Below, piece by piece: positions 9,110 through 19,465 of a stretch of DNA of 49,798 bases. The DNA is from Terriglobia bacterium (GTDB taxonomy: Bacteria > Acidobacteriota > Terriglobia > 20CM-2-55-15). The stretch spans positions 1 through 49,798 of the forward strand of contig DATFXZ010000007.1 in the NCBI GenBank assembly GCA_035315305.1. Direction: 5' to 3'. Numbering within the stretch: position 1 is the first letter of the stretch; the number at the start of each line of letters is the position of its first letter. The position numbers were made by a program, and so were the translations under genes. The notes beneath the pieces are model-generated. The model saw only the letters and a program-made list of their open reading frames with translations. It was not told the DNA's origin and did no database searches.

Positions 9110-10057
9110 ATGAACATATCGTGGCTCACGCTGCGCGACCTCCAATATCTGGTGGCGGTGGCCGATCACGCGCATTTCGGAAAAGCTGCCGCGGCATGCA
9201 ATGTGAGCCAGCCAGCGTTGAGTGCCCAGATTCGCAAAATCGAAGATGTTTTGGGGGTCCAATTATTCGAGCGAACGAACCGCCGCGTCACAATCACACC
9301 TTCGGGAAAAGCTGTATCTGATCAAGCGAGAGTCGTACTGGAGGAAGCAGAAAAGATCGGAGCAATAACCCGTTCGGCTCAGGAACCCCTGGCGGGCACC
9401 TTGCGTTTGGGCGCGATCGCAACGGTGGGGCCGTATCTGCTGCCGCATCTGCTCGCGCCGCTGCTTAAACGGTATCCGAGACTCGATCTGTTCTTGCGAG
9501 AGGGCCTCACCGACCAACTGCTCGGGGAACTCAGGGCGGGTCAGTTGGACGCCGTGATCGCATCGAACACCTTTGTCGACTCGACGCTTCGGATGATTCC
9601 CCTTTTTTTCGAGCCTTTTGTACTGGCCGTCCCCCGCGGGCATAAGTTGGCCATGAAGCCGCATCTGGATCGGCGCGACCTGAATGGCGAACGTATGATT
9701 CTTCTGGAAGACGGGCATTGCCTTCGAGACCAGACACTCGATCTCTGTCCGGCCAATCGCCGCGGACACGTTCGACAATTTCATGCGACCAGCTTGGAAA
9801 CACTGCGGCATTTAGTAGCAACGGGCTCTGGCTATACCTTGATTCCCGGTCTTGCTGTTCGCGAGGACAAAACACTGAAGTCTTTGATGTCCTATCGATA
9901 TTTCGACGATAAAGGAGTGGGGCGGGAAGTCATTCTCGCATGCCGCAATCGGTTCGGCAGGATGGCCGACATTGATGCCCTCGCCAATTTCATTCGCGAA
10001 AATCTCCCGCAAGGGGTCAGACGTGTAAATCATCCAATTGCAAATAAGGTGATTTAG
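9110..10057 (+). CDS. oxyR: LysR-family hydrogen peroxide-sensing regulator OxyR
   Basis: N-terminal LysR HTH (LRDLQYLVAVADHAHFGKAAAACNVSQPALSAQIRKIE). LLEDGHCLRDQTLDLCPANRR...FHATSLETLRHLVATGSGYTLIP closely matches E. coli OxyR around redox cysteines C199/C208, which have the same 8-residue spacing. Confidence 0.85.
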   Translation: MNISWLTLRDLQYLVAVADHAHFGKAAAACNVSQPALSAQIRKIEDVLGVQLFERTNRRVTITPSGKAVSDQARVVLEEAEKIGAITRSAQEPLAGTLRLGAIATVGPYLLPHLLAPLLKRYPRLDLFLREGLTDQLLGELRAGQLDAVIASNTFVDSTLRMIPLFFEPFVLAVPRGHKLAMKPHLDRRDLNGERMILLEDGHCLRDQTLDLCPANRRGHVRQFHATSLETLRHLVATGSGYTLIPGLAVREDKTLKSLMSYRYFDDKGVGREVILACRNRFGRMADIDALANFIRENLPQGVRRVNHPIANKVI

Positions 10058-10098
10058 GCGTCTGACCCCGGCATTAGCCCCTGGGGTATAGTGGGGTA

Positions 10099-11019
10099 AT
10101 GCAGTTTGCGTTTGAAGCGAGTGGGCTCTCCAAAGCATTTCGCCGACGTTGGCCCCGCAGAGAGGTCCGAGCGCTTCAGAATGTTAGTCTCGCCATCGAG
10201 CCAGGTACCATCTTCGGATTGCTGGGACCAAATGGCGCCGGCAAGACAACCTTAATCAAAATCGCACTGACAATCGCCTACGCCGATAGCGGTGAAGTTC
10301 GGCTGCTTGGCGAATCCATTCGCAATCGGTCCATCCTTGGACGTGTTGGGTACCTACCCGAAAATCCACGATTCCCCACGCATCTTAATGCAATGCAGGT
10401 ATTGCGGCTTTATGGGAGCCTCAGTGGGGCCCCCGAGAACCGGTTAACGCAAAACGCAATGAAGTGGCTCGAGCGACTGGAACTGGCGCAATGGCGTGAC
10501 ATGCGCGTATCGAAGTTTTCCAAAGGCATGAATGAGAGACTTGCGTTCGCACAGGCTCTCGTTCATGAGCCGGACATCATTTTTCTAGATGAACCGACAG
10601 ACGGGATGGATCCTTTGGGGAGAAGAGAGGTCCGCGCAGTTTGTCGTGAATTGGCCGACGCAGGCAAGACGATCTTCATCAATTCTCACATTCTGTCTGA
10701 GATCGAATTGATCTGCGATCGTATCGCGCTCATGAAGTCCGGCGAACTCGTCGAGCAGGGTACCATCGCCGAATTAACTTCGAGCCGCGGCGGGTACGAG
10801 TTGGTCGTGCCTGTAGCCGAGGGTCTGAACGACTGGTTGCGCGAGCAGACGCTGAGTTTCGCGTCGGTGAATGGCCATTTTCACGTGCAGGTGCCGGATC
10901 GGGCTTCAGCAAATACCCTGATCGATGCATTACGCCAAAGAAACATCCAGATTGAATCATTGACGGCGAAGCGAAGGAGTTTGGAATCTGTGTTTATAGA
11001 AAGGCTGGGCGCCGATTAA
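10099..11019 (+). CDS. ABC transporter ATP-binding protein (ABC-2/DRR-like subfamily)
   Basis: Walker A GPNGAGKTT, signature FSKGMNERL (the xSKGMxxR form typical of ABC-2 exporters), and Walker B IIFLDEPTDGMD. Confidence 0.9.
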   Translation: MQFAFEASGLSKAFRRRWPRREVRALQNVSLAIEPGTIFGLLGPNGAGKTTLIKIALTIAYADSGEVRLLGESIRNRSILGRVGYLPENPRFPTHLNAMQVLRLYGSLSGAPENRLTQNAMKWLERLELAQWRDMRVSKFSKGMNERLAFAQALVHEPDIIFLDEPTDGMDPLGRREVRAVCRELADAGKTIFINSHILSEIELICDRIALMKSGELVEQGTIAELTSSRGGYELVVPVAEGLNDWLREQTLSFASVNGHFHVQVPDRASANTLIDALRQRNIQIESLTAKRRSLESVFIERLGAD

Positions 11020-11021
11020 TC

Positions 11022-11843
11022 ATGCGACCAGGAATCTTCCTCGACACATTTCAGGAATCCTTCCGAAACAAGATGTTCTTGTTCTTCTTTGTTGTGGCGA
11101 CGTTGATCATCGGATCAATCGGTCTTGCCCTGAACATGGATGCCGTTAACGGCGTCATGCGTGGAGTTACCTTCTTCGGAACGGCACTTCGTGTCCCCGC
11201 CTTCACCGTCAAGCAGTGGGTCGAGAGTTTACAGGCCGGGCTGGCAATGTTGATCGGGACTTTTGGCCTGTTCATGGCGCTCATGGCGACTTCTACTCTA
11301 TTTCCAACCTTGCTTCAGAAAGGCAGTGTCGATCTCCTTTTGTGCCGGCCAATCCCTCGGTGGCGCATTATCACGTCACGTTTTCTAGGCGGTGTTTCGA
11401 TTATGGCCTTTAACGCGGTGTTCCTTTTCGTCGGAGTGTGGGCGGTCCTGGGTTTAAAGGCCGACGTTTGGAACAATCGCTTTCCAATGTCGAGCGCTTT
11501 GGTGATTTTTGCCTTCATCGTATTGTTTTCTGTAGTGATGATCGCGTCGGTGGTAACGGAGAACGGACCAGCCGGGCTACTGGCGGCCGCTACATTGCTT
11601 ATCTTTAGTCCGATACTTGCCGCGCACGAGCAGATTACCCCGGCTTTTTCGACGGAACTTTACCGGGAGGTGTTCCGTTCGTTGTACTGGGTCCTGCCGA
11701 AGTCGGCTGAAACTATCAGCGCAATGCGACGTCTGATTCTCAACCGGCCTCTGGATATCAATTGGGTTGTAGGCACCTCGGTCTTCTTCGCTTTGGCGTG
11801 TTATGTCGTTACGATGATTTACTTTACGAGAAAGGATTATTAA
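11022..11843 (+). CDS. ABC-2-type transporter permease-like membrane protein
   Basis: ATG lies 2 nt after the ATPase stop. About 6 hydrophobic segments in 273 aa. Confidence 0.7.
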   Translation: MRPGIFLDTFQESFRNKMFLFFFVVATLIIGSIGLALNMDAVNGVMRGVTFFGTALRVPAFTVKQWVESLQAGLAMLIGTFGLFMALMATSTLFPTLLQKGSVDLLLCRPIPRWRIITSRFLGGVSIMAFNAVFLFVGVWAVLGLKADVWNNRFPMSSALVIFAFIVLFSVVMIASVVTENGPAGLLAAATLLIFSPILAAHEQITPAFSTELYREVFRSLYWVLPKSAETISAMRRLILNRPLDINWVVGTSVFFALACYVVTMIYFTRKDY

Positions 11844-11846
11844 CCA

Positions 11847-12797
11847 ATGAAGTGGGTATTGGGCGCTTCTATCTTTGCGATCGTTATGGGGTGGGCCGCA
11901 ACGACGACCATTCCAGCCGCTACGGTTTCGATCGATGACGCCATTTTTAAATTCCTGCCGCCTGAGACACAAGGAATTGTCTTCATTGATGTTGCCGCTC
12001 TTCGAGACGCTTCGTTTGTACGAGATGTGCTGAAGGATCAGAAGGTAACTGCGCCACGGGAGTGGGACGAATTTGCCAAGGCGACCGGCACCAACCCGGA
12101 GTCGGACATTGACAAAGTCACGATCGGGAAACTTAATGCCCAAGATGGCTTAGTCATTATTCAAGGCCGACTCGACAAATTCAAAATCGAGCAGTATTTG
12201 AAAGACAAAGGTAAACATCCTCAGGCCTACCTTGGCCACAGCCTGTACGTAGATGGCGATAGCGCCTTCGTGCTTCTGGATAATGTCGCTCTTCTCGGCA
12301 AACTCAGTGCGGTTAAGAAAGCTATCGATCAGATGCAACTGCCTGGATCATCCCCATTACGCCGTGACTTGATGGCTGCCATACAAACGATCGAGACGGG
12401 AAATCAAGTCTGGGGCGTCGGTGATTTTTCGGTCAGTGATCTTGGCACACTGGGAGTGCGCGGGCCGGCGCCAGCAGTTGAAATGCTGAAGTCGTTGAAG
12501 AGCGGCACCTACCAGATGCGCGTGGATACAGGAATCCACGCAAGGGCGATCGGCAATTTCGCTGATGCCGAAAGCGCAAAGAATATTGGCGATTTAGCCC
12601 GGGGAGCAATAGCCGTCGCAAAATCGCAGGTGGCGAAGCAGCAACCCGACATAGTGCTGCTGTTGGACGGTATTCAAGTCAGCAACAGCGGTCCGACGCT
12701 GACAGTTAGGATTGAAGAGGCAGGCGAGCTTTTGATGAAGCTGAAGGATCTTCGAGCTTATTCCCCTCCTCGTGAGGAGGGGTGGACGCGACATTAA
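11847..12797 (+). CDS. hypothetical exported/anchored protein, third gene of the ABC module
   Basis: ATG lies 3 nt after the permease stop. N-terminal hydrophobic segment MKWVLGASIFAIVMGWAATTT. I recognised no family. The last ~12 codons and the stop lie inside a repeat element. Confidence 0.6.
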   Translation: MKWVLGASIFAIVMGWAATTTIPAATVSIDDAIFKFLPPETQGIVFIDVAALRDASFVRDVLKDQKVTAPREWDEFAKATGTNPESDIDKVTIGKLNAQDGLVIIQGRLDKFKIEQYLKDKGKHPQAYLGHSLYVDGDSAFVLLDNVALLGKLSAVKKAIDQMQLPGSSPLRRDLMAAIQTIETGNQVWGVGDFSVSDLGTLGVRGPAPAVEMLKSLKSGTYQMRVDTGIHARAIGNFADAESAKNIGDLARGAIAVAKSQVAKQQPDIVLLLDGIQVSNSGPTLTVRIEEAGELLMKLKDLRAYSPPREEGWTRH

Positions 12798-12947
12798 AAA
12801 TGGCGCGAAGCCTCCTTAGATTGGAGCGGACGGGGAGGTCGCTCACAAGCCATGTTTCGGTGTGAGCGACCACCCCGTCTGCGGCGCTACGGTGGGCTTC
12901 GTCGAAATTTCCTTGACGCCGCAGCCACCCCTCCTCACGAGGAGGGG
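12763..12947. repeat. composite palindromic intergenic repeat (two inverted copies of a ~85-bp unit)
   Basis: Outer arms CCCCTCCTCGTGAGGAGGGGTGG (12763-12785) and CCACCCCTCCTCACGAGGAGGGG (12925-12947) are exact reverse complements, and each is also self-complementary. The inner arms 12829-12846 and 12862-12879 match at 17 of 18 positions. Confidence 0.85.
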
Positions 12948-12965
12948 TGTGGCATCTGGTTCAGA

Positions 12966-14279
12966 CTACCTTCCGCCCCCACTCATCGACGCCAGGAATT
13001 CGGAGTTGCTCTTGCTCTTGCTCATCTTGTCCAGCAGAAGCTCCATAGCTTCCACGGTAGAGAGCGGATTCAGAACCTTTCTCAAAATCCAGATCCGGTT
13101 CAGTTCATCCTTAGCAACCAGCAACTCTTCCTTCCGCGTGCCGGAGCGATTGATGTCGATTGCCGGAAATACGCGCTTGTCGACCAGCTTTCGATCGAGC
13201 CCGATTTCCATGTTGCCCGTGCCTTTGAACTCTTCAAAGATCACGTCATCCATACGGCTTCCGGTATCGACCAGAGCCGTCGCAATGATCGTCAAACTGC
13301 CGCCTTCTTCGATGTTCCTCGCCGCTCCAAAGAATCGCTTCGGGCGCTGAAGCGCGTTAGAATCGACACCGCCCGACAGCACCTTGCCTGACGGCGGCAC
13401 AATCGTGTTGTAGGCGCGCGCCAGACGAGTAATGGAGTCGAGCAGGATGACGACGTCTCGCTTGTGTTCCACAAGACGCTTGGCCTTTTCGATGACCATT
13501 TCGGCAACCTGCACGTGACGCGATGCCGGCTCGTCAAATGTCGAACTGATGACTTCGCCATTCACCGACCGCTGCATGTCCGTTACTTCTTCCGGTCGCT
13601 CATCAATCAGCAGCACGATCAGGATGACTTCAGGATGGTTCGCGGTGATCGAGTTCGCGATTGTCTGAAGCAGCATCGTCTTTCCTGTTCGTGGTGGTGC
13701 CACGATCAGTCCGCGCTGTCCTTTGCCGATGGGCGTCAGCAGATCAAGGACGCGAGCGGACAGATTGTCCTTGCCATTCGGTGTTTCCAGCTTCAGCCGC
13801 TCGCTGGGATACAGCGGCGTCAGGTTATCGAAAAAGATTTTGTTGCGGGCTTCGTCGGGGTGCTCAAAATTGACGGCCTCGACTTTGATTAGTGCGAAGT
13901 ACCGTTCTCCATCTTTAGGAGGACGCACCTGTCCCGATACTGTGTCGCCCGTGCGTAGATCGAACTTGCGTATCTGCGACGGTGAGACGTAGATATCGTC
14001 CGGGCCCGGTAGGTAGTTGTAGTCTGGGGCTCGGAGGAATCCGAAGCCATCAGGCAGCGTTTCCAGAACACCTTCACTGAAAATGAAGCCGCTCTTCTCG
14101 GTCTGCGCCTGCAGGATCTTGAAAATCAGTTCCTGCTTCCGCATGCCGGAGGCTCCCTGAATGTTGAGGTCTTTTGCAACTTGCGTCAGCGCGGAAATGT
14201 TCATTTCCTTGAGCTGGGCAATGTCCATAGTGGCAGCGCCTTCTGGACGATCCGGAGCAACGAATTTTTTTGAACTCAT
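12966..14279 (-). CDS. rho: transcription termination factor Rho
   Basis: N-terminal Rho motif [23 protein letters not shown]-binding domain, and Walker [16 protein letters not shown]. Full length of 437 aa. Confidence 0.97.
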   Translation of the reverse strand: MSSKKFVAPDRPEGAATMDIAQLKEMNISALTQVAKDLNIQGASGMRKQELIFKILQAQTEKSGFIFSEGVLETLPDGFGFLRAPDYNYLPGPDDIYVSPSQIRKFDLRTGDTVSGQVRPPKDGERYFALIKVEAVNFEHPDEARNKIFFDNLTPLYPSERLKLETPNGKDNLSARVLDLLTPIGKGQRGLIVAPPRTGKTMLLQTIANSITANHPEVILIVLLIDERPEEVTDMQRSVNGEVISSTFDEPASRHVQVAEMVIEKAKRLVEHKRDVVILLDSITRLARAYNTIVPPSGKVLSGGVDSNALQRPKRFFGAARNIEEGGSLTIIATALVDTGSRMDDVIFEEFKGTGNMEIGLDRKLVDKRVFPAIDINRSGTRKEELLVAKDELNRIWILRKVLNPLSTVEAMELLLDKMSKSKSNSEFLASMSGGGR

Positions 14280-14292
14280 AGGTGGGTTTTTC

Positions 14293-14880
14293 TCACTGTG
14301 GGATGTGATCTACGGCCGTTCGAATTCTGGCCAGGATTTCATTCTTTCCAGAATGCGTGACCGCCGAAAATGGAATTATCTCCTTTGTATTTAGCATTCT
14401 TGCGCCTGTACGGAGCGCTTGATTCAACTGGTTTCGAGAAATCTTATCAATTTTGGTCAAAACAACTGCGTTTGGAATCTCATGATGATCCAGCCATTTT
14501 TTCATCATCATGTCAGAGTCCATTGGTGGCATCCGGCTATCAATCAACATCAGAGCCAGCTTCAACTGTTGCCGATCTCGAAGATAGCCTTCGATCATGC
14601 CGCCCCATTTTTCCTTTACGACCTTCGGGACCTTTGCGTACCCATAACCCGGCAGGTCCACAAAGTAGGTTCGGTCGTCAATCAGAAAGAAATTGATCGT
14701 CTGAGTTCGTCCCGGCGACGAACTCGTGCGAGCCAATCCTTGTGTATCCGTTAGAGTGTTCAACAAACTAGATTTGCCAATGTTCGATCGACCACAAAAA
14801 GCGATTTCAGGTCGCTGATCTCGGGGAAAATCATCCGGTTGTGTTGCGCTCTTGACGAATCGGGCGGAACTGATTTTCAC
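14293..14880 (-). CDS. engB: ribosome biogenesis GTP-binding protein YsxC/EngB
   Basis: G1 [13 protein letters not shown]3 DLPGYG, G4 TKIDK. 195 aa, 13 nt upstream of rho. Confidence 0.92.
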   Translation of the reverse strand: MKISSARFVKSATQPDDFPRDQRPEIAFCGRSNIGKSSLLNTLTDTQGLARTSSSPGRTQTINFFLIDDRTYFVDLPGYGYAKVPKVVKEKWGGMIEGYLRDRQQLKLALMLIDSRMPPMDSDMMMKKWLDHHEIPNAVVLTKIDKISRNQLNQALRTGARMLNTKEIIPFSAVTHSGKNEILARIRTAVDHIPQ

Positions 14881-15039
14881 ATCTGGCAGTCGAAAGGCCG
14901 GAATCCGTTGTCATTGTAACAGGATTTCAGCTCGCGGGTAATCAGCGCAATCAGTATCTACTATATGCCGACCCGTTTTCTATTGCCCCCAAAATTGTGA
15001 AACAGCGGTCTATAAGGCTGCATAGGCCGCGCTTACAGT

Positions 15040-17454
15040 TCAATTCATGACGGATTCTTGAAGGTCCCCATCTCCGCCAACCGCAGGCCGGAATGCCACT
15101 GCTTCTTCATTTTCAAGCAGGGGGCGCGGTTCGTGGGTCAACGCGATCTTCAAAACCTCGTCCATGCTTTCGACGAGATGCACGGTGAACTCGTCTCTGA
15201 TATTCGCGGGTATATCGGCGAGATCCTTCTGATTGTCCTTTGGAAGGATGATCGTCCGGATTCCGACGCGATGAGCCGCCAGCAACTTTTCCTTGACTCC
15301 TCCGATCGGCAGCACCTTTCCTCGGAGTGTGATCTCTCCCGTCATCGCTACATCGCATCGCACTGGAATCTGAGTCAGAGCGCTCACCAGAGAAGTCGCC
15401 ATCGTGATACCGGCTGACGGGCCATCCTTCGGAATTGCACCCTCGGGAACGTGTATATGGAGATCAAGTCGACGGTAGAAATCTTTGGGAATTCCAAACA
15501 ATTGAGCTCGGGACCGGACGTAGCTCATTGCGGCCTGAGCTGATTCCTGCATGACGTCGCCGAGCTTCCCGGTTAGGGTTAACTTACCTTTGCCTTCCAT
15601 CAAGGTGGCTTCGGTTGCCAGAATCTCGCCACCCACCTCGGTCCACGCAAGGCCTGTTACGAACCCAATTTCATGTTGTGATTCGTGACGGTTAGAACGG
15701 TACTTTGGAATCCCAATGTAGTCAACCAGATTTTCAGCCGTGATCTGTACCGTGCTTCTCGTCTTGTGCTTAACCACTGCACGCGTCACTTTCCTACAAA
15801 TAGACGAGATCTCTCGTTCAAGGTTTCGAACACCGGCTTCACGCGTGTACAGGCGAATCGCGCCTTGGATTGCGTCATCCGTGAAGCCGAGATTCTGCGG
15901 GGTTAGTCCATTCGCATCAATCTGCTTCGGTACGAGAAAACGTCGGGCGATCTCGACTTTTTCGTACTCGGTGTACCCCGGGAGACGCAAGACTTCCATA
16001 CGATCTTGAAGCGGTTGGGGAATCGTATGCAAGACGTTAGCCGTCGCGATAAACATCACCTGTGACAGGTCGTATTCGACATCGAGGTAATGATCCTGGA
16101 AGGTGGAGTTTTGTTCCGGATCCAGCACTTCAAGCAGTGCAGCCGAAGGATCACCGCGGAAGTCCATGCTCATTTTGTCGACTTCATCGAGCAGGAAAAC
16201 CGGATTAATCGTTCCAGCCTTCTTGATCATTTGAATAATTTGCCCAGGAAGTGCGCCGATATACGTCCGGCGATGGCCGCGAATCTCCGCCTCATCACGA
16301 ACACCACCCAAAGCCAGCCGCACAAACTTGCGGCCTGTAGCGCGGGCGATGGACATCCCGAGCGAAGTCTTACCGACGCCGGGTGGTCCGACGAAGCAGA
16401 GGATCGAACCTTTCGGTTTCTTGACGAGTTGCCGAACGGCTAGAAACTCGAGAATGCGGTCTTTCACTTTCTCCAGGCCGTAATGATCCTCATTCAGAAC
16501 CTTCTCGGCGACTTCGATATTGCGGATCTCGCGTGATTTCTTTTTCCACGGCATCGCGATCAGCCAGTCGAGGTAGTTTCGTGAGACCGTCGACTCCGCC
16601 GACATGGGCGGCATCATCTCCAGCCGCTTCAGTTCCTGCATGGCCTTTTCGAGCGCGTCTTTGGGCATGCCGGACGTTTCGATTTTGCGCCGAAGCTCTT
16701 CGATCTCGGATTTTTCATCCTTTTTGCCGAGCTCTCGCTGAATCGCCTTGATCTTCTCGTTCAGGTAATACTCTTTTTGCGCTCGCTCCATCTGCCGCTT
16801 GACCCGATTTTGTACGGAACGATCGACATGAAGCTTCTCGATTTCGATATCCAGAACATCGGCCAGTCGCTTGCATCGCTCGACAGGATTGAAAATCTCG
16901 ATGAGTTCTTGCTTTTCTTCAATCGACAGCACCAGCTGAGCGCAAATCGTATCCGCCAACCGTCCGACGTCATCGACTTTGATGGCGGCAAGGGCCTGGT
17001 CGGCGTTCAAGTTCTGACTTAGCTTGACGTATTGTTCAAACTGCTGAGTCAATCGCGTAGCCAGGGAGTCATACCCGGTGAAGCTTTGGTTGCGAAATGG
17101 AGATAGCCGTAGGTTGGCCTTCCAGTATCCCTCTTCCTCGGCCAGTTGCAGAATCCGCGCCCGCTCGATGCCTTCGACCAGCACCTTCGTATTTCCATCG
17201 GGCAATTTCAGGGACTGCACGATATTGGAAATGGTTCCGACCTGATAAATCTCATTGGGCTTCGGATTGTCGACAGTCGCGTCATGCTGCGTCGCCAGAA
17301 AGATACGTTTATCGCCGCGCAGCGCCGATTCCAGTGCGTGCACGGAAGACTCGCGGCCGATCACGAAGGGAACCATCATGAAAGGAAAAATAACGACGTC
17401 CCGGATTGGAACCATCGCCAGCTTGGCTTGCTCGTATTTTTCCTTTGTAGACAT
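15040..17454 (-). CDS. lon: ATP-dependent Lon protease
   Basis: Lon N-terminal domain, AAA+ Walker [10 protein letters not shown], and the catalytic serine context [14 protein letters not shown]. 804 aa. Confidence 0.97.
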   Translation of the reverse strand: MSTKEKYEQAKLAMVPIRDVVIFPFMMVPFVIGRESSVHALESALRGDKRIFLATQHDATVDNPKPNEIYQVGTISNIVQSLKLPDGNTKVLVEGIERARILQLAEEEGYWKANLRLSPFRNQSFTGYDSLATRLTQQFEQYVKLSQNLNADQALAAIKVDDVGRLADTICAQLVLSIEEKQELIEIFNPVERCKRLADVLDIEIEKLHVDRSVQNRVKRQMERAQKEYYLNEKIKAIQRELGKKDEKSEIEELRRKIETSGMPKDALEKAMQELKRLEMMPPMSAESTVSRNYLDWLIAMPWKKKSREIRNIEVAEKVLNEDHYGLEKVKDRILEFLAVRQLVKKPKGSILCFVGPPGVGKTSLGMSIARATGRKFVRLALGGVRDEAEIRGHRRTYIGALPGQIIQMIKKAGTINPVFLLDEVDKMSMDFRGDPSAALLEVLDPEQNSTFQDHYLDVEYDLSQVMFIATANVLHTIPQPLQDRMEVLRLPGYTEYEKVEIARRFLVPKQIDANGLTPQNLGFTDDAIQGAIRLYTREAGVRNLEREISSICRKVTRAVVKHKTRSTVQITAENLVDYIGIPKYRSNRHESQHEIGFVTGLAWTEVGGEILATEATLMEGKGKLTLTGKLGDVMQESAQAAMSYVRSRAQLFGIPKDFYRRLDLHIHVPEGAIPKDGPSAGITMATSLVSALTQIPVRCDVAMTGEITLRGKVLPIGGVKEKLLAAHRVGIRTIILPKDNQKDLADIPANIRDEFTVHLVESMDEVLKIALTHEPRPLLENEEAVAFRPAVGGDGDLQESVMN

Positions 17455-17472
17455 AAACCGCGAGGAGGAACG

Positions 17473-18705
17473 CTACCCAGCCTTTTCGAATGGAAGCTGG
17501 ATCTCCTTCTTTTCGACCATTTCCTTAGTAATGGTTAGCTCCCGATGCTCTTTTTGTTGCGGGAGCTGGTACATAAGATCCAGCATCAACTCTTCAAGAA
17601 TGATCCGGAGACCGCGCGCGCCTACGTTCCTTTTGATAGCGTCGACAGCGACAGCTTCAAGCGCATCATCCGCAAACTTCAGTTTCACATTCTCGTATTC
17701 GAATAGCCGCTGATACTGTTTGACGAGCGCGTTTTTCGGCCGGGTCAGAATGTCGACCAAGGCTTTTTGATCCAAATCGTGCAGAGTTGCGATGACAGGC
17801 ACGCGTCCGACGAACTCTGGAATCATGCCGAACTTGATCAAGTCTTCAGGTTCGAGTTGCTCCAACAAGGCCGAGCGCGGATTTTCCGATTTCACCCGGA
17901 CGTCACCATGAAATCCCATCGTGCTGCGAACGGCAAGCCGGCGTTCAATGATCTTGTCCAAGCCGACAAACGCTCCGCCGCATAGAAAAAGGATGTGCGT
18001 CGTGTCGACTTGCGTAAACTCCTGATGAGGATGTTTTCGTCCTCCTTGAGGAGGAACATTGGCGACCGTTCCTTCCAACATTTTCAACAGCGCCTGCTGG
18101 ACACCCTCACCCGACACGTCGCGCGTTATTGAAGGGTTTTCGTCCTTGCGACCGATTTTGTCGATCTCATCGATGTAGATGATGCCCGTTTGGGCTCGTT
18201 CAACATCTCCGCCGGCGTTTTGGATGAGACGGAGGATGATGTTCTCCACATCTTCGCCAACATACCCGGCTTCCGTCAGCGTCGTCGCGTCGACGATTGC
18301 AAACGGTACGCTGAGGAGACGCGCAAGAGTTTGAGCGAGGAGTGTCTTGCCGGTACCGGTTGGTCCGATCAGCAGAATATTGGATTTCTGTAGCTCAACA
18401 TCGGATTTACGGCGCGCCATTTCGATGCGCTTGTAATGATTGTAAACGGCTACAGCGAGCTTCTTTTTGGGCCGGTCTTGTCCAACGACGTACTGATCCA
18501 GAAATCCTTTGATCTCGGGTGGCTTGGGAAGATGTACGTTCTTCGGCGACGGCTCGTAGTTCTGGTCCTCGTCGATGATGTCCTGACAAACCCCCACGCA
18601 TTCATCACAGATGAAAACCGTAGGACCAGCGATCAGTTTACGAACATCATTCTGACTCTTGTTGCAGAATGAACATCGCAAGACATCGTCGCTATTCTTT
18701 TTCAA
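17473..18705 (-). CDS. clpX: ATP-dependent Clp protease ATP-binding subunit ClpX
   Basis: N-terminal zinc finger CSFCNKS...FICDEC and Walker A GPTGTGKT. Apparent TTG start at 18705. Confidence 0.97.
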   Translation of the reverse strand: MKKNSDDVLRCSFCNKSQNDVRKLIAGPTVFICDECVGVCQDIIDEDQNYEPSPKNVHLPKPPEIKGFLDQYVVGQDRPKKKLAVAVYNHYKRIEMARRKSDVELQKSNILLIGPTGTGKTLLAQTLARLLSVPFAIVDATTLTEAGYVGEDVENIILRLIQNAGGDVERAQTGIIYIDEIDKIGRKDENPSITRDVSGEGVQQALLKMLEGTVANVPPQGGRKHPHQEFTQVDTTHILFLCGGAFVGLDKIIERRLAVRSTMGFHGDVRVKSENPRSALLEQLEPEDLIKFGMIPEFVGRVPVIATLHDLDQKALVDILTRPKNALVKQYQRLFEYENVKLKFADDALEAVAVDAIKRNVGARGLRIILEELMLDLMYQLPQQKEHRELTITKEMVEKKEIQLPFEKAG

Positions 18706-18736
18706 TTGCGTTCCCTCTCTGTGTGTTCAAAACGGC

Positions 18737-18763
18737 TGAAACCCGCGTCCACTGAGGGTTTCA
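18737..18763 (-). terminator. hairpin at the clpP-clpX junction (possible attenuator)
   Basis: TGAAACCC (18737-18744) pairs with GGGTTTCA (18756-18763), with an 11-nt loop. The stem overlaps the clpP stop codon. On the minus-strand RNA the hairpin is followed by GCCGUUUUG. Confidence 0.3.
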
Positions 18764-19363
18764 CGCTCGCTTCGAAATAACTTCGTCGATGATACCATAC
18801 TCCTTCGACTGGTCCGCCGTCATGATGTAGTCGCGCTCAACGTCCTTTTCGATTCGTTCCAGCGGCTGCCCCGTATGATGCGCGAGAATTTTATTCAAAA
18901 TAGTCCGAATGCGAAGAATTTCTTTTGCGTGGATATCGATGTCGGTTGCTTGACCCTGCAGGCCGCTCATCCATGGCTGGTGAATGAGCACGCGCGAATG
19001 CGGCAATGAAAAGCGTTTCTTTGGACTGCCTGCTGCCAGAAGAACCGCAGCCATACTCGCTGCCTGTCCGACGCAAATCGTCGTTACATCATTCCGGATG
19101 AATTGAATCGTGTCGTAGACTGCCAGTCCCGCCGAAATCGATCCGCCAGGACTGTTGATGTACAAAGAAATGTCGCGCTCTGGATCCTCAGCTTCCAGGA
19201 ACAGCAACTGCGCCGTGACCAGGTTGGCTACGTTGTCATCGATAGGTGTTCCTATAAAGATGATGCTGTCACGCAGCAGCCGCGAATAGATGTCGTACGC
19301 GCGTTCGCCGCGATTGGTCTGTTCGACCACCATCGGGATCAGAGTGTTGTGTTCGTGGTTCAT
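18761..19363 (-). CDS. clpP: ATP-dependent Clp protease proteolytic subunit ClpP
   Basis: [11 protein letters not shown], the catalytic Ser context [11 protein letters not shown], and His in LIHQP. 200 aa. Confidence 0.97.
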   Translation of the reverse strand: MNHEHNTLIPMVVEQTNRGERAYDIYSRLLRDSIIFIGTPIDDNVANLVTAQLLFLEAEDPERDISLYINSPGGSISAGLAVYDTIQFIRNDVTTICVGQAASMAAVLLAAGSPKKRFSLPHSRVLIHQPWMSGLQGQATDIDIHAKEILRIRTILNKILAHHTGQPLERIEKDVERDYIMTADQSKEYGIIDEVISKRA

Positions 19364-19387
19364 AGTACTTCCTGTTTCTCAACTACA

Positions 19388-19416
19388 ATTCTTAAGTCGA
19401 TGCATAGATGGGTCAA
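19388..19416 (-). promoter_or_regulatory. candidate promoter upstream of clpP
   Basis: On the minus strand: TTGACC (19416-19411), a 17-nt spacer, then AAGAAT (19393-19388), about 25 nt upstream of the clpP ATG. Pattern match only. Confidence 0.3.
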
Positions 19417-19465
19417 TGAATAACTTTAAACGCGCCCGAATGAGTACCCCCGGTTCATTAATCGC

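Noticed and set aside
10099-11019. Apparently degenerate ABC signature motif FSKGM in place of LSGGQ
   Set aside because: The xSKGMxxR form is the normal signature variant of the ABC-2/DRR exporter subfamily, so it is not evidence of an inactive ATPase.
12852-13391. ORFs 12852..13391 (+) and 12862..13350 (+)
   Set aside because: They start inside the palindromic repeat and then run antisense to rho. The products are typical repeat-derived peptides (…PPLLTRRG…).
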